Shown: positions 9,763 to 18,154 of the stretch, in pieces | Layout of the letters: every line of letters starts with the position of its first letter | Numbering within the stretch: the first letter of the stretch is position 1 | Assembly (NCBI GenBank): GCA_040878185.1 | Contig: JBBDMS010000021.1 | Location: forward strand, 52,667-116,666 | DNA: 64,000 nucleotides | Source of the DNA: Dongiaceae bacterium | GTDB taxonomy: Bacteria; Pseudomonadota; Alphaproteobacteria; Dongiales; Dongiaceae | Direction: 5' to 3' | Program-made: the position numbers and the translations under genes | Notes under the pieces: model-generated | Told to the model about the DNA's origin: nothing | Database searches by the model: none | Seen by the model: the letters and a program-made list of their open reading frames with translations, nothing else

Positions 9763-10474
9763 GGGCAAGCGCGTCCTGGTCGTCGTGCCGGCGCGCGGCG
9801 GCAGCCAGGGCGTCAAGCTGAAGAACCTGCGCGAGATCGGCGGGGTTCCGTTGGTCGTACAAGCCGGACGGATCGCGATCGCACTCGATTTTGCCGATCG
9901 CTGCATCGTCTCGACCGATCACGCCGAGATCGCCCGCGTCGCGACGGAAGCCGGGCTTGCCGCGCCGTTTGTCCGACCCGAGGCGCTTTCGGGCGCAGTC
10001 ATCAGCGATCTACAGGTTCTGACGCACGCGCTCGAGGAAATGGAGCGCATCGACGGCCGGCGCTACGACATCGTCGTGATGCTTCAGCCGACTTCGCCGA
10101 GCCGCACCGTGCAGCATGTGCGCGACACGGTTACCCTACTGGTTCGCGGCGCCTTCGATGCGGTCTGGACCGTCAGCGAGAGCGACAGCAAGGCCCATCC
10201 GCTGAAGCAACTGACCGTGGGCGAGGGCGGCGGGCTCGACTACTACGATTCCAAGGGTGCTGCGATCGTGGCCCGCCAGCAGCTTCAGCCGGTCTATCAC
10301 CGCAACGGCATTACCTATGCGTTCACGCGTGCCTGCCTGCTCGACCAGAAAACAATCAAAGGCGCGCGTACCGGCGCGCTCGTCGTCGAGGGTCCGGTCG
10401 TCAATATCGACACCGAACTCGACCTCGAATGGGCGAATTTCCTGCATCAGCGCGCCACCACCGCGCGGCCCTAG
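9755..10474 (+). CDS. neuA: acylneuraminate cytidylyltransferase family (CMP-nonulosonate synthetase)
   Basis: VVVPARGGSQGVKLKNL and MLQPTSPSR are canonical CMP-NeuAc/CMP-Kdo synthetase motifs. Its start overlaps the HAD stop (ATGTTTGA). Confidence 0.8.
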   Translation: MFEGKRVLVVVPARGGSQGVKLKNLREIGGVPLVVQAGRIAIALDFADRCIVSTDHAEIARVATEAGLAAPFVRPEALSGAVISDLQVLTHALEEMERIDGRRYDIVVMLQPTSPSRTVQHVRDTVTLLVRGAFDAVWTVSESDSKAHPLKQLTVGEGGGLDYYDSKGAAIVARQQLQPVYHRNGITYAFTRACLLDQKTIKGARTGALVVEGPVVNIDTELDLEWANFLHQRATTARP

Positions 10475-10484
10475 CCGCCGCGCC

Positions 10485-11786
10485 TCAGCCGCGCGCGGGC
10501 GCGTGGGGAAAGGCTTCGGCGAAACGCACCGGCCAGGTTTCGATCGGGAACGACTGGAACGAGCCGTCGTTCACGATGAGATCGTGCCGCGCCAGCCGGT
10601 CCGCATGGCGTTGGCAGAACGTGGCCCAGGAATCGTACCAGTCGTTCAGAAAAACGCCGCTTTCGTACTTCTTCAGAAGATCGCGGTCGCGCTTGCGCTG
10701 GCGGTTGGTGCGATCCGACCGGGCCATCTCGCCGGACTGGATATGAGCGCGGAGCCGTTCGCCCTGCGCCATCAAGGTCAGAACCGTCACGCGATCGGCA
10801 ACTCCCATCAAATGCAGCACCGGATCGCGATCGTAGGACCGGATGCCGGTGCGCGACGGGCGCAGGAAATCGTAATGCAACAGCACGCGCTCGTTGCGAC
10901 CGTTCGGCATCGAATCCGCTTCCGACGCCTGCAGGAGCTGCCAGTCTGAGCCGTCCAGACCGTATTGGGCGCGCAGCGACGCATCCGCCATCAGCCGGTC
11001 GATCAACGTGCTCTTCCCCACGCTCGTCGGCCCGGTGACAATCGCGAGATGCCCGATGCGGCGCTTGCGCGCTTCGACCAGCACACGGCCCTTGAACGGC
11101 GAGCGGCTGATCGTAACAGGCTCGAATGCGTTCGTGTGCACGTTGAGCACGATTTCGAGCGCACCTGGTGTGAAGAGATAGGTGCGCCCCGCCGCATCGC
11201 CGCGCTTCTTCGGGATTCCGAGAAACATCGCCGGCGAACCGATGCCGAAGACGCGAAGCGGGTTGATCCGGTCGCGCACGACATCGCGCCAGGTCGGCAC
11301 GGCGACTTCCAGAACCAGCCGGTCGCGCGTCATCCGCATCATCTTCTGCAACCCGCCAAGCGGATCGAACAGATGATGCAGCACGTTCAGACAGGCCACC
11401 GTATCGAACTGCCGTCCCCGATCGTCCCATTCCTCGAAATTGGCGCGGATATATTCAGGCCGGACCTCAAGTAATTCGGCGAACTCGCGGGCCTGACGCA
11501 GATTGCGCGGGTCGGTCTCGATACCGGTGGCCGTGGCGGCGCCGCGCTGCAGCGCCTCGACGCAGAAATAGCCGAGATAGCTGCCGATATCGAAGAACGT
11601 CTTGCCGTGAAAATCGTCGCCGAAGAGACGTGGCAGCAGATAACTGCGATCATAACCCGGCGTCGTGCCGCCATCGGGCAGGACGAACGCCTGATATTCC
11701 GGCGCCTCGTCGAGCAACCGCTGCAGACGCGCATGCCATTCGGGATCGCGATCCGGCTGCGGCACCGTCACTTTGCGGTCGTTCAT
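10485..11786 (-). CDS. fusion protein: class I SAM-dependent methyltransferase (N-terminal) + P-loop NTPase/kinase-like domain (C-terminal), paralog A
   Basis: MTase motif I FFDIGSYLGYF and CLNVLHHL. Walker A VTGPTSVGKST, Walker-B-like VLLHYD. ATG at 11786 (MNDRKV) avoids overlap with the upstream gene. Colinear with the 16834-18087 product. Confidence 0.65.
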   Translation of the reverse strand: MNDRKVTVPQPDRDPEWHARLQRLLDEAPEYQAFVLPDGGTTPGYDRSYLLPRLFGDDFHGKTFFDIGSYLGYFCVEALQRGAATATGIETDPRNLRQAREFAELLEVRPEYIRANFEEWDDRGRQFDTVACLNVLHHLFDPLGGLQKMMRMTRDRLVLEVAVPTWRDVVRDRINPLRVFGIGSPAMFLGIPKKRGDAAGRTYLFTPGALEIVLNVHTNAFEPVTISRSPFKGRVLVEARKRRIGHLAIVTGPTSVGKSTLIDRLMADASLRAQYGLDGSDWQLLQASEADSMPNGRNERVLLHYDFLRPSRTGIRSYDRDPVLHLMGVADRVTVLTLMAQGERLRAHIQSGEMARSDRTNRQRKRDRDLLKKYESGVFLNDWYDSWATFCQRHADRLARHDLIVNDGSFQSFPIETWPVRFAEAFPHAPARG

Positions 11787-11796
11787 GCGCGGCGGG

Positions 11797-12735
11797 TCAC
11801 AACGAAATTGCGAGGCGCTGGATCTCGTCCAGATCGAGCGCACGAGAGAGCGTGTCGACGGGCCAGTCGGCCGGGCTCAGCTCGGGTGCGTAGATATCGG
11901 TGTACTGGATCAGCAGCATGACCCGCGTTTTACTGTTCTGCCGCGAGCCATAATGCAGACAGCGCGACGTGTCGACCAGCATGCTTTGGCCCGGCTGGCC
12001 GGTCAGCTTCACTTCGCGGCTCGGACCCAGAAACCGGTCGACCTCTTCGATCGTCAGCCGCCCGCGGTCATAATTCAGCCCTTCGACCACGCGCTCGGAT
12101 TCGTCCGCCGGCAGGAAGGTGAACGGCCCGTGCTCGTCGGTCACGTCGTCGACGCACACGAACAACTTGACCTGACGGTCATCGGCGAAATCGAGATGAT
12201 AGAGCTGGCTGCCGATCTCGGAGAGATTCGGCAGGCTGACCATGACCGACACATCGCTCAGGATCGGCACCGCGCCGAGATAGCGGCTCACCGCATCGAG
12301 GACCGGGCGCGCCAACGCGAGGCGCATAATGTCGAGATACTGCGCAGTCGCGCGCTTCTGCGTGGCATAGACCAGGAATTCCTTGCGCGAGGCACCGTGA
12401 TCGTAACGCTGCAGCGCTCCGGTGCGTTCGCTCTCGCGAAAGACTTCCATGCCCTGTTTTACAGCCGGCGCGATCTCGGGCAGGCGGTTCGGTGCGACGG
12501 CGGCACAGGCACGCGCCCGATCGATCGCAACTGCATCGCTGGCAGCGACGCCCATTTGCCGCGCAAGCTCGGGACGATGCAGATAGGGAAACGGATTCAT
12601 CCCGATGCCGACCGCACGGCTGATACGGATCGCCGGCACGCGCGGCACCCCGAGACGCTTCGCCAGGAACAGATTGAGGTTCCGGCTGGTTGCGTAACGG
12701 GCCTTGGCATAAGACTGGCGAAGCGACTGGCTCAT
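11797..12735 (-). CDS. Fe(II)/2-oxoglutarate-dependent oxygenase-like protein (PhyH-like), putative
   Basis: HxD facial-triad candidate LYHLDFAD, distal CLHYGSRQNSKTR (His plus Arg), and GPFTFLP. Confidence 0.5.
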   Translation of the reverse strand: MSQSLRQSYAKARYATSRNLNLFLAKRLGVPRVPAIRISRAVGIGMNPFPYLHRPELARQMGVAASDAVAIDRARACAAVAPNRLPEIAPAVKQGMEVFRESERTGALQRYDHGASRKEFLVYATQKRATAQYLDIMRLALARPVLDAVSRYLGAVPILSDVSVMVSLPNLSEIGSQLYHLDFADDRQVKLFVCVDDVTDEHGPFTFLPADESERVVEGLNYDRGRLTIEEVDRFLGPSREVKLTGQPGQSMLVDTSRCLHYGSRQNSKTRVMLLIQYTDIYAPELSPADWPVDTLSRALDLDEIQRLAISL

Positions 12736-12979
12736 TCGGTCAGAAGACCTTCTGCGTTTGGGAGCCGCTGGCAGGGCGGCCGCATCGCGAAATACGCCAT
12801 CGTCCTGGCGGAGGCGAATCCCTTCATTTCGCGGCGAATTAGCTGGCCAGCCTCCATTCTTGTCAAGGCGACGCCCGACCGCAGCCTGCGATCCGCGGCT
12901 CGACAGTCATGAGGCTGCCGACTAGGCTTCGGCCTCCGCGCAACGCCCAACCTTCCGTTTCGAGACCGATCGCTGCGCC

Positions 12980-13873
12980 ATGCAAGACGCCCCGCCGCCC
13001 TGGACCGAACGCGCCGCTTTGGTCTACGGGCCCCGCAAAGCCGGTACCACCTTGTTGCTGAACCTGCTGGACGGGAGCGACGCGCTATTGGCGTTTCCGA
13101 GCGAAGTGAAGCTGAAAGCGCTGCATCGCATCCCCGCCGGCGCGCATTCGCGTGAGACCTATCTGGCGCGATCGCGCATCGCCGAGGTCGACGCGGCCCG
13201 CCTGTCGCAGGATCGCTACCAGGCGCTTTGGGCAGCGGTCGATCCTAAAGCCGCCGCCGGCAGGCTTTGCACGCTGCTGCGCCTCGACGCATGGCATGTG
13301 CACCAGACCGCGGCGACGGCGCCGCGCGAACCGCAACTCTGGTGCGCCAAAGAGGTCGGCGGCGATACCGATGCGATCCTCGATCTGTGGCGGCGCTGTT
13401 TCCCCGATGCGCCGGTCCTGTTCATTCTGCGCAATCCCCTCATGGTCACGCGGGCCGTGTTGCAGGACCGCCGGCGCAAGGATCGACGATTGAGCATCGC
13501 CGAGATCGTCCGCGAAACCGCCGACCCGATGCGCGTGGTGGCGGCGCAGAGCCGTCATCTCGGCGATCCGCGCCTGCTCGCGATTGCATACGAGGACATG
13601 GTGACCGACACGCCCGCGACGATGCGACGCATCGCAGCGTTCCTCGGCATCCCCTTCGATGCGATCCTGTTGCAACCGACATTGTTCGGCGAACCAATCG
13701 TGGTGCGAACCTCGTCGCGTTCGACCACCGAAGTGTTTCAGGCTTCGGAGGAATGGGAGGATGGGCTGACCCGTCGGGAGCAGTTCTGGGTCAGGCTCAC
13801 GGCCGCTGTGCTCGGCTGTCTGCCCGGCTATCGCGTCGATTATGCATGGCTGCGGCAACGCGTGGCCGATTAG
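12980..13873 (+). CDS. sulfotransferase family protein (2 of 3)
   Basis: GPRKAGTTLLLNLL (5'-PSB loop) and FILRNPLMVTRA (3'-PB). Confidence 0.7.
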   Translation: MQDAPPPWTERAALVYGPRKAGTTLLLNLLDGSDALLAFPSEVKLKALHRIPAGAHSRETYLARSRIAEVDAARLSQDRYQALWAAVDPKAAAGRLCTLLRLDAWHVHQTAATAPREPQLWCAKEVGGDTDAILDLWRRCFPDAPVLFILRNPLMVTRAVLQDRRRKDRRLSIAEIVRETADPMRVVAAQSRHLGDPRLLAIAYEDMVTDTPATMRRIAAFLGIPFDAILLQPTLFGEPIVVRTSSRSTTEVFQASEEWEDGLTRREQFWVRLTAAVLGCLPGYRVDYAWLRQRVAD

Positions 13874-14202
13874 GAAATGGCCTGCAACGAGCGGGTCAGC
13901 CCGATCCACCTCCGCGTTCCGGCGCGGTGTCACGATATTGACCCGCCAATTGCGGCGGGGTTCCCGTATTCCCGCTTTCCCAGACGCGCCATTCACCGTT
14001 AGTCTTTGGAGAGATTGACTGATTCTTCCCGATTTGATCTCGCGCAATCGGGTAACCTTGGGCGATCCGGCCGGCGATGTTCGCGGAGTTCGCCACTTTC
14101 GCCCCAAAAGAGACCGATGAACGCAACCCGGCAGACCGGAATCCTTTCTGAAAGCGCACGTCGAACCGCGCCTTGCCTTTCGGCTTTTGGTAAACCCCGA
14201 TC

Positions 14203-15222
14203 ATGAACCCCGATAGCGGCGTCTATCGCAACCCGCCGTTGGAGGATCCGGTTCGGGTCATCTATGTCTGCTGCCACGGGCGAAGCGGCTCGACATTGCT
14301 CGGTGCCATCGCCGGCTTGCTGCCTCAGCACAGCTTCGTCGGCGAAGTGCGTACGATCTGGGAGGATGGTGTCGACAACAACAGGAATTGCGGCTGCGGC
14401 GAACCGTTCCGGAGCTGCCGCTTCTGGAACGAAGTGTTTAAGCGCGCCTATGGCGGGTTCGACACGCCGGCGGCCATGAAAACGCGCGACCTGCTGACGC
14501 GGCTTATGAAGGTCAACAGCAGGCCCGCTCTGTGGTGGGCGCTGCTGCGCGAAAACCGCCGGCACGAGACAACTCGCGCGTTGGCCGATGCGCTCGCCCC
14601 GCTCTATCGCGCCATCCACGACGTATCCGGTGGGCAGATCATCGTCGACACCTCCAAGCATGCACGGTTTGGTTTCGTCATTGCCAACATTCCCGGTGTC
14701 GATATCCGCTTCGTCAATCTGATCCGCGATGTTCGCGGCGTCATCTTTTCCCGTGCGCGACCGGCGCTGATGCGCGACGGCAGCACGCGACATGCGCAAC
14801 GCTCGAAGCAGCCGCACTACAGAACGGGAACCGTGTTGGGGCGTTGGCTCTTCCGGAATGCCCTCGCGATGCGCCTCGTTCGTCGCCATGGCGGCATTCG
14901 CGTACTTTATGAAGACTTCGTGCATGACCAGAAGCCCGCGCTCGTCGCATTGAGCGACAACGATCGCGCGCGGATCGCGCTGGATCGGCTGGCGTACCCG
15001 GATGCGGCGGAGATCGTCCAGCATCAGTTGGCGGGCAACTGGATCCGCAACCTGAAGATCGACACCTCGGAGCGTTGGCCCGACGAGCTGCCTCGTCCCG
15101 TGCAGCGGATCGCGACATTCTTCTCGTGGCCACTTCGGCGACGCTATCGCTACGAAGTGCAACAGCCGAGCGGCTTCGCCGAGCGTCCCGACACGAGGCA
15201 GAGCGCAAGAGCGGCTCGCTAG
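14203..15222 (+). CDS. sulfotransferase family protein (3 of 3)
   Basis: CCHGRSGSTLLGAI (5'-PSB) and VNLIRDVRGVIFS (3'-PB). Contains a Cys cluster CGCGEPFRSC. Confidence 0.7.
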   Translation: MNPDSGVYRNPPLEDPVRVIYVCCHGRSGSTLLGAIAGLLPQHSFVGEVRTIWEDGVDNNRNCGCGEPFRSCRFWNEVFKRAYGGFDTPAAMKTRDLLTRLMKVNSRPALWWALLRENRRHETTRALADALAPLYRAIHDVSGGQIIVDTSKHARFGFVIANIPGVDIRFVNLIRDVRGVIFSRARPALMRDGSTRHAQRSKQPHYRTGTVLGRWLFRNALAMRLVRRHGGIRVLYEDFVHDQKPALVALSDNDRARIALDRLAYPDAAEIVQHQLAGNWIRNLKIDTSERWPDELPRPVQRIATFFSWPLRRRYRYEVQQPSGFAERPDTRQSARAAR

Positions 15223-15332
15223 GCTCGAAATCGCACAATCGCTGTGTTAGGTTCGCGCGGCCTGCGAACCTGTCCCACCACCGCGCTTCCGGCCGCGCCA
15301 CGCGGCCCGAACCCGATCGAGCCCGCCCATTA

Positions 15333-16700
15333 ATGTCCCGTATACCGCCCGAGACCCTGGTCATTCCGGTCGAGACCCTGAACCGGGAGTTCGACGGCAA
15401 GCTATTGCTCGCGTTGGCCGCTGCCGAACGCGGCTATCGGGCGATCGTCGGTGGACGAACCCGCCTCCATCGGCATCTGACCGACCTGCCGCCCTCGATC
15501 TATCTCAGCAAGGGCATCCGCACCGGCAATCGCGTGATCCTCTCGCTGCTCGAGAAGCTCGGCCATACCGTGGTCGCGCTCGAGGAGGAAGGGCTCGTGC
15601 GCTTTTCCGACGAAGCGTACCTGATGATGCTCGATGTAGAAACGTTCAACCGCGCGCAGATGCTGTTTGCCTGGGGCCATGACAATGCCGAGGTGTGGCG
15701 GCGGTTCGGCGGCTATCGCGGTACGCCCATCATCGAGGCCGGCAACCCGCGCATGGACATGCTGCGACCCGAAGTCCGTAATTTCTACACCGACGATGTG
15801 GCGGCGATCCGGCAACGCTACGGCCGCTTCGCGCTCTTCAACAGCAATTTCAGTTTCGTCAATCATTTCATTCCCGGCCATATCCGCTTCCGCATTCCGG
15901 CCAATGCACGCTCGGAACGCTACGACCAGATGCGCAGCGGCGTGTATCAGCACAAAAAAGCGTTGTTCGACAGTTTCTGCGCGCTGATCCCGTCGCTAAG
16001 CAAAGCCGTGCAGCCGCACAATCTGGTGATTCGCCCGCATCCATCCGAGAACCGGCAGACCTGGAGAGATGTCGCAGCGGGCCTGCCCAACGTGCATGTC
16101 GTGTATGAGGGTACTGTCGTGCCGTGGCTGCTGGCCGCCGACGTGTTGGTGCATAACAGCTGCACGAGCGGCGTGGAGGCAGCCATCCTCGGCACGCCCG
16201 CCTTGTCCTATCGTCCGGTTTGGTCGGCGGAGTTCGATCCGCCCTTGCCGAACGATGTCAGCAGTGAGTTCGACGATGCAGCGGCGCTGGGCGATGCGGC
16301 GCAGGCGATCCTCGCGCGCAATTCGGCGGAGCGCTCGCTCTCGCCGGCGAACTATGAGCGGTTGTCCCATCACGTCGCGGCGCTCGACGGTAAACTGAGT
16401 TGCGACCGGATTCTCGATGCGCTGGTCGAACAGCAGGACCGGTTTGCGTCGATGCCGGCCCCAGGCTTGCTCGACCGGGCCATCGGTCATGCCGGCGTCG
16501 CCGCCCGCAATGCGCGACGGGCGATCACGACCCGGATGATGGGCCGCAGCAGTGCGACCTATACCGCCTACAAATTTCCGGGACTGGACGAGGCCTATGT
16601 CGCCACCCGGATCGAACGGTTTTGCACCCTCCTCGGGCGGTTCGACGGCATCGGCGTCCGACGCCTTCGGGACGATATCTTTCTGCTGGAACGGCGCTGA
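15333..16700 (+). CDS. surface-carbohydrate biosynthesis protein, GT-B-like (candidate nonulosonate/glycosyl or phospho-glycosyl transferase)
   Basis: ATG at 15333 (MSRIPPETL). C-terminal Rossmann-like IRPHPSE ... VLVHNSCTSGVEAAILGTPAL is typical of GT-B enzymes. From memory it resembles the family annotated 'surface carbohydrate biosynthesis protein' that accompanies nonulosonate loci. Confidence 0.5.
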   Translation: MSRIPPETLVIPVETLNREFDGKLLLALAAAERGYRAIVGGRTRLHRHLTDLPPSIYLSKGIRTGNRVILSLLEKLGHTVVALEEEGLVRFSDEAYLMMLDVETFNRAQMLFAWGHDNAEVWRRFGGYRGTPIIEAGNPRMDMLRPEVRNFYTDDVAAIRQRYGRFALFNSNFSFVNHFIPGHIRFRIPANARSERYDQMRSGVYQHKKALFDSFCALIPSLSKAVQPHNLVIRPHPSENRQTWRDVAAGLPNVHVVYEGTVVPWLLAADVLVHNSCTSGVEAAILGTPALSYRPVWSAEFDPPLPNDVSSEFDDAAALGDAAQAILARNSAERSLSPANYERLSHHVAALDGKLSCDRILDALVEQQDRFASMPAPGLLDRAIGHAGVAARNARRAITTRMMGRSSATYTAYKFPGLDEAYVATRIERFCTLLGRFDGIGVRRLRDDIFLLERR

Positions 16701-16833
16701 ACCGCGCGCATCGAGACAATCGCCCGGCGTCGCCCGGATGGGGGCCGATTGTTGCGATCCGGCCCCGGCTGGCGTATCTCCTGCCGACGTTCCCGCCGCC
16801 CGTCCGACGCGGCCCTGACCGGAGGCTGACCCC

Positions 16834-18087
16834 TTGAACGAAACCGGCTGGACCGAAGCGCGCATCCGCGACCTGCTCGCCACGAACGCCTTTACCTATC
16901 AGAATGTGAAGCTGCCGCACGGGCTGTCGACCGGCGGGAAAGACCGCTCCAAGACGGCGCGCGCCATTTTTCCAGCCGCAATACCCGGACGCTCGGTTTT
17001 CGATATCGGTTGCATGTACGGTTTCTTCTGTTTCGAAGCCGAGGATCGCGGCGCGACGCAAGCTGTCGGCGCAGACATCGATCCGGAGAACGTGCGCAAA
17101 TGCCGCCTGCTGGCGGAAGTCCGCGGCTCGAATGCGCAGTTCGTCTATTTCGATATCGAAGGCGACGAGATTCCACAGCAGTACGACTATGTGCTGTGCC
17201 TGAACGTGTTGCACCATCTGCGCAATCCGATCGGCGCGCTGGAGAAGATGATCCGCGCCACGCGCGAGCGTCTTGTTCTCGAAATCGCCTCGTTTGGGCC
17301 CAACGACCGCCGGAAGAACGGCGTGTCGAGACTCGCCGCCGCCTTCCTGCGCCGCTTGCCTGTCATGTACGTGCCCGGCTCGTCTTCCTGGGGGCGCAGC
17401 ACGAGCCAGACGTTTTTCATCACGGAAAAGGCGATCGAAACGCTGCTGCTGGCGCATCGCGCGTCGTTCGCAAAGATCGACTTCATCGATACCGGGCATA
17501 AGGGTCGTTACATCGCGGTCGCGCACAAGCGCCGCATCGGACATCTCGTCGTCGTGGCGGGGCTGCAGGCATCCGGCAAATCGACGCTGATCGAAGAGAT
17601 TCTTTCGAAATCGGGATCGCTGATCGCGAAGTATATCGACCTTGATCCGTCGAAAGCCTGGTCGGTGCAGCGCTTCGGCAGTCTGGTCGAGAACCGGCAG
17701 GCCGAGCACCCGAACCTGATCCTGCATTACAACATCTCGAAGCATCTCATCGACGGCGATCTGTTCCATCACAGCCGGGCGCTGGCCGACGTGATGGCGA
17801 CGGCCGAGAAGGTCACCATTGTGACCGTCTGGTGCCCGCGCGAACGGCTACTGCAGCAGTTCCGCGAAGGCCGCACCGGCAAACATCGGAAGACGATGCT
17901 CTCCCGCCAGCATCGCAAGAAAATCAAGCAGCTCTCGGCGCTGTACGAAAGCGAGACCGCCCTGCAGACGATGTTCGACGAATGGTTCGCTTTCGTGAAA
18001 CGCCGGTCGGACCCCGGATTCGTGGTCGAATACGACAAGGACTACCGGGTTTCGACGCTGGCTGCGTGGAATCCGACCCCGCTTTGA
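16834..18087 (+). CDS. fusion protein: class I SAM-dependent methyltransferase + P-loop NTPase/kinase-like domain, paralog B
   Basis: TTG start 9 nt after GGAGG. VFDIGCMYGFF, CLNVLHHL; Walker A VAGLQASGKST; LILHYN. Colinear with the 10485-11786 product, including a shared KRRIGHL linker. Confidence 0.65.
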   Translation: MNETGWTEARIRDLLATNAFTYQNVKLPHGLSTGGKDRSKTARAIFPAAIPGRSVFDIGCMYGFFCFEAEDRGATQAVGADIDPENVRKCRLLAEVRGSNAQFVYFDIEGDEIPQQYDYVLCLNVLHHLRNPIGALEKMIRATRERLVLEIASFGPNDRRKNGVSRLAAAFLRRLPVMYVPGSSSWGRSTSQTFFITEKAIETLLLAHRASFAKIDFIDTGHKGRYIAVAHKRRIGHLVVVAGLQASGKSTLIEEILSKSGSLIAKYIDLDPSKAWSVQRFGSLVENRQAEHPNLILHYNISKHLIDGDLFHHSRALADVMATAEKVTIVTVWCPRERLLQQFREGRTGKHRKTMLSRQHRKKIKQLSALYESETALQTMFDEWFAFVKRRSDPGFVVEYDKDYRVSTLAAWNPTPL

Positions 18088-18154
18088 CCGCCGCCCGCCG
18101 CGGGCCGGCCCGCCATATTGCCGGGCCCGGCCGATTGGTCTATTCAGCGACCGG

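Noticed and set aside
13999-15162. 387-aa minus ORF (and 13085-14107, 340 aa) opposite the sulfotransferase genes
   Set aside because: These are shadow ORFs. The plus-strand frames contain both PAPS-binding motifs.
10485-18087. Idea that the P-loop halves of the two methyltransferase fusions are APS kinases supplying PAPS to the three sulfotransferases
   Set aside because: Only the generic Walker A (G-x4-GKS) is shared with CysC. I could not see the rest of the APS-kinase signature, and paralog B lacks the Walker-B Asp. I kept it as an open question, not a call.
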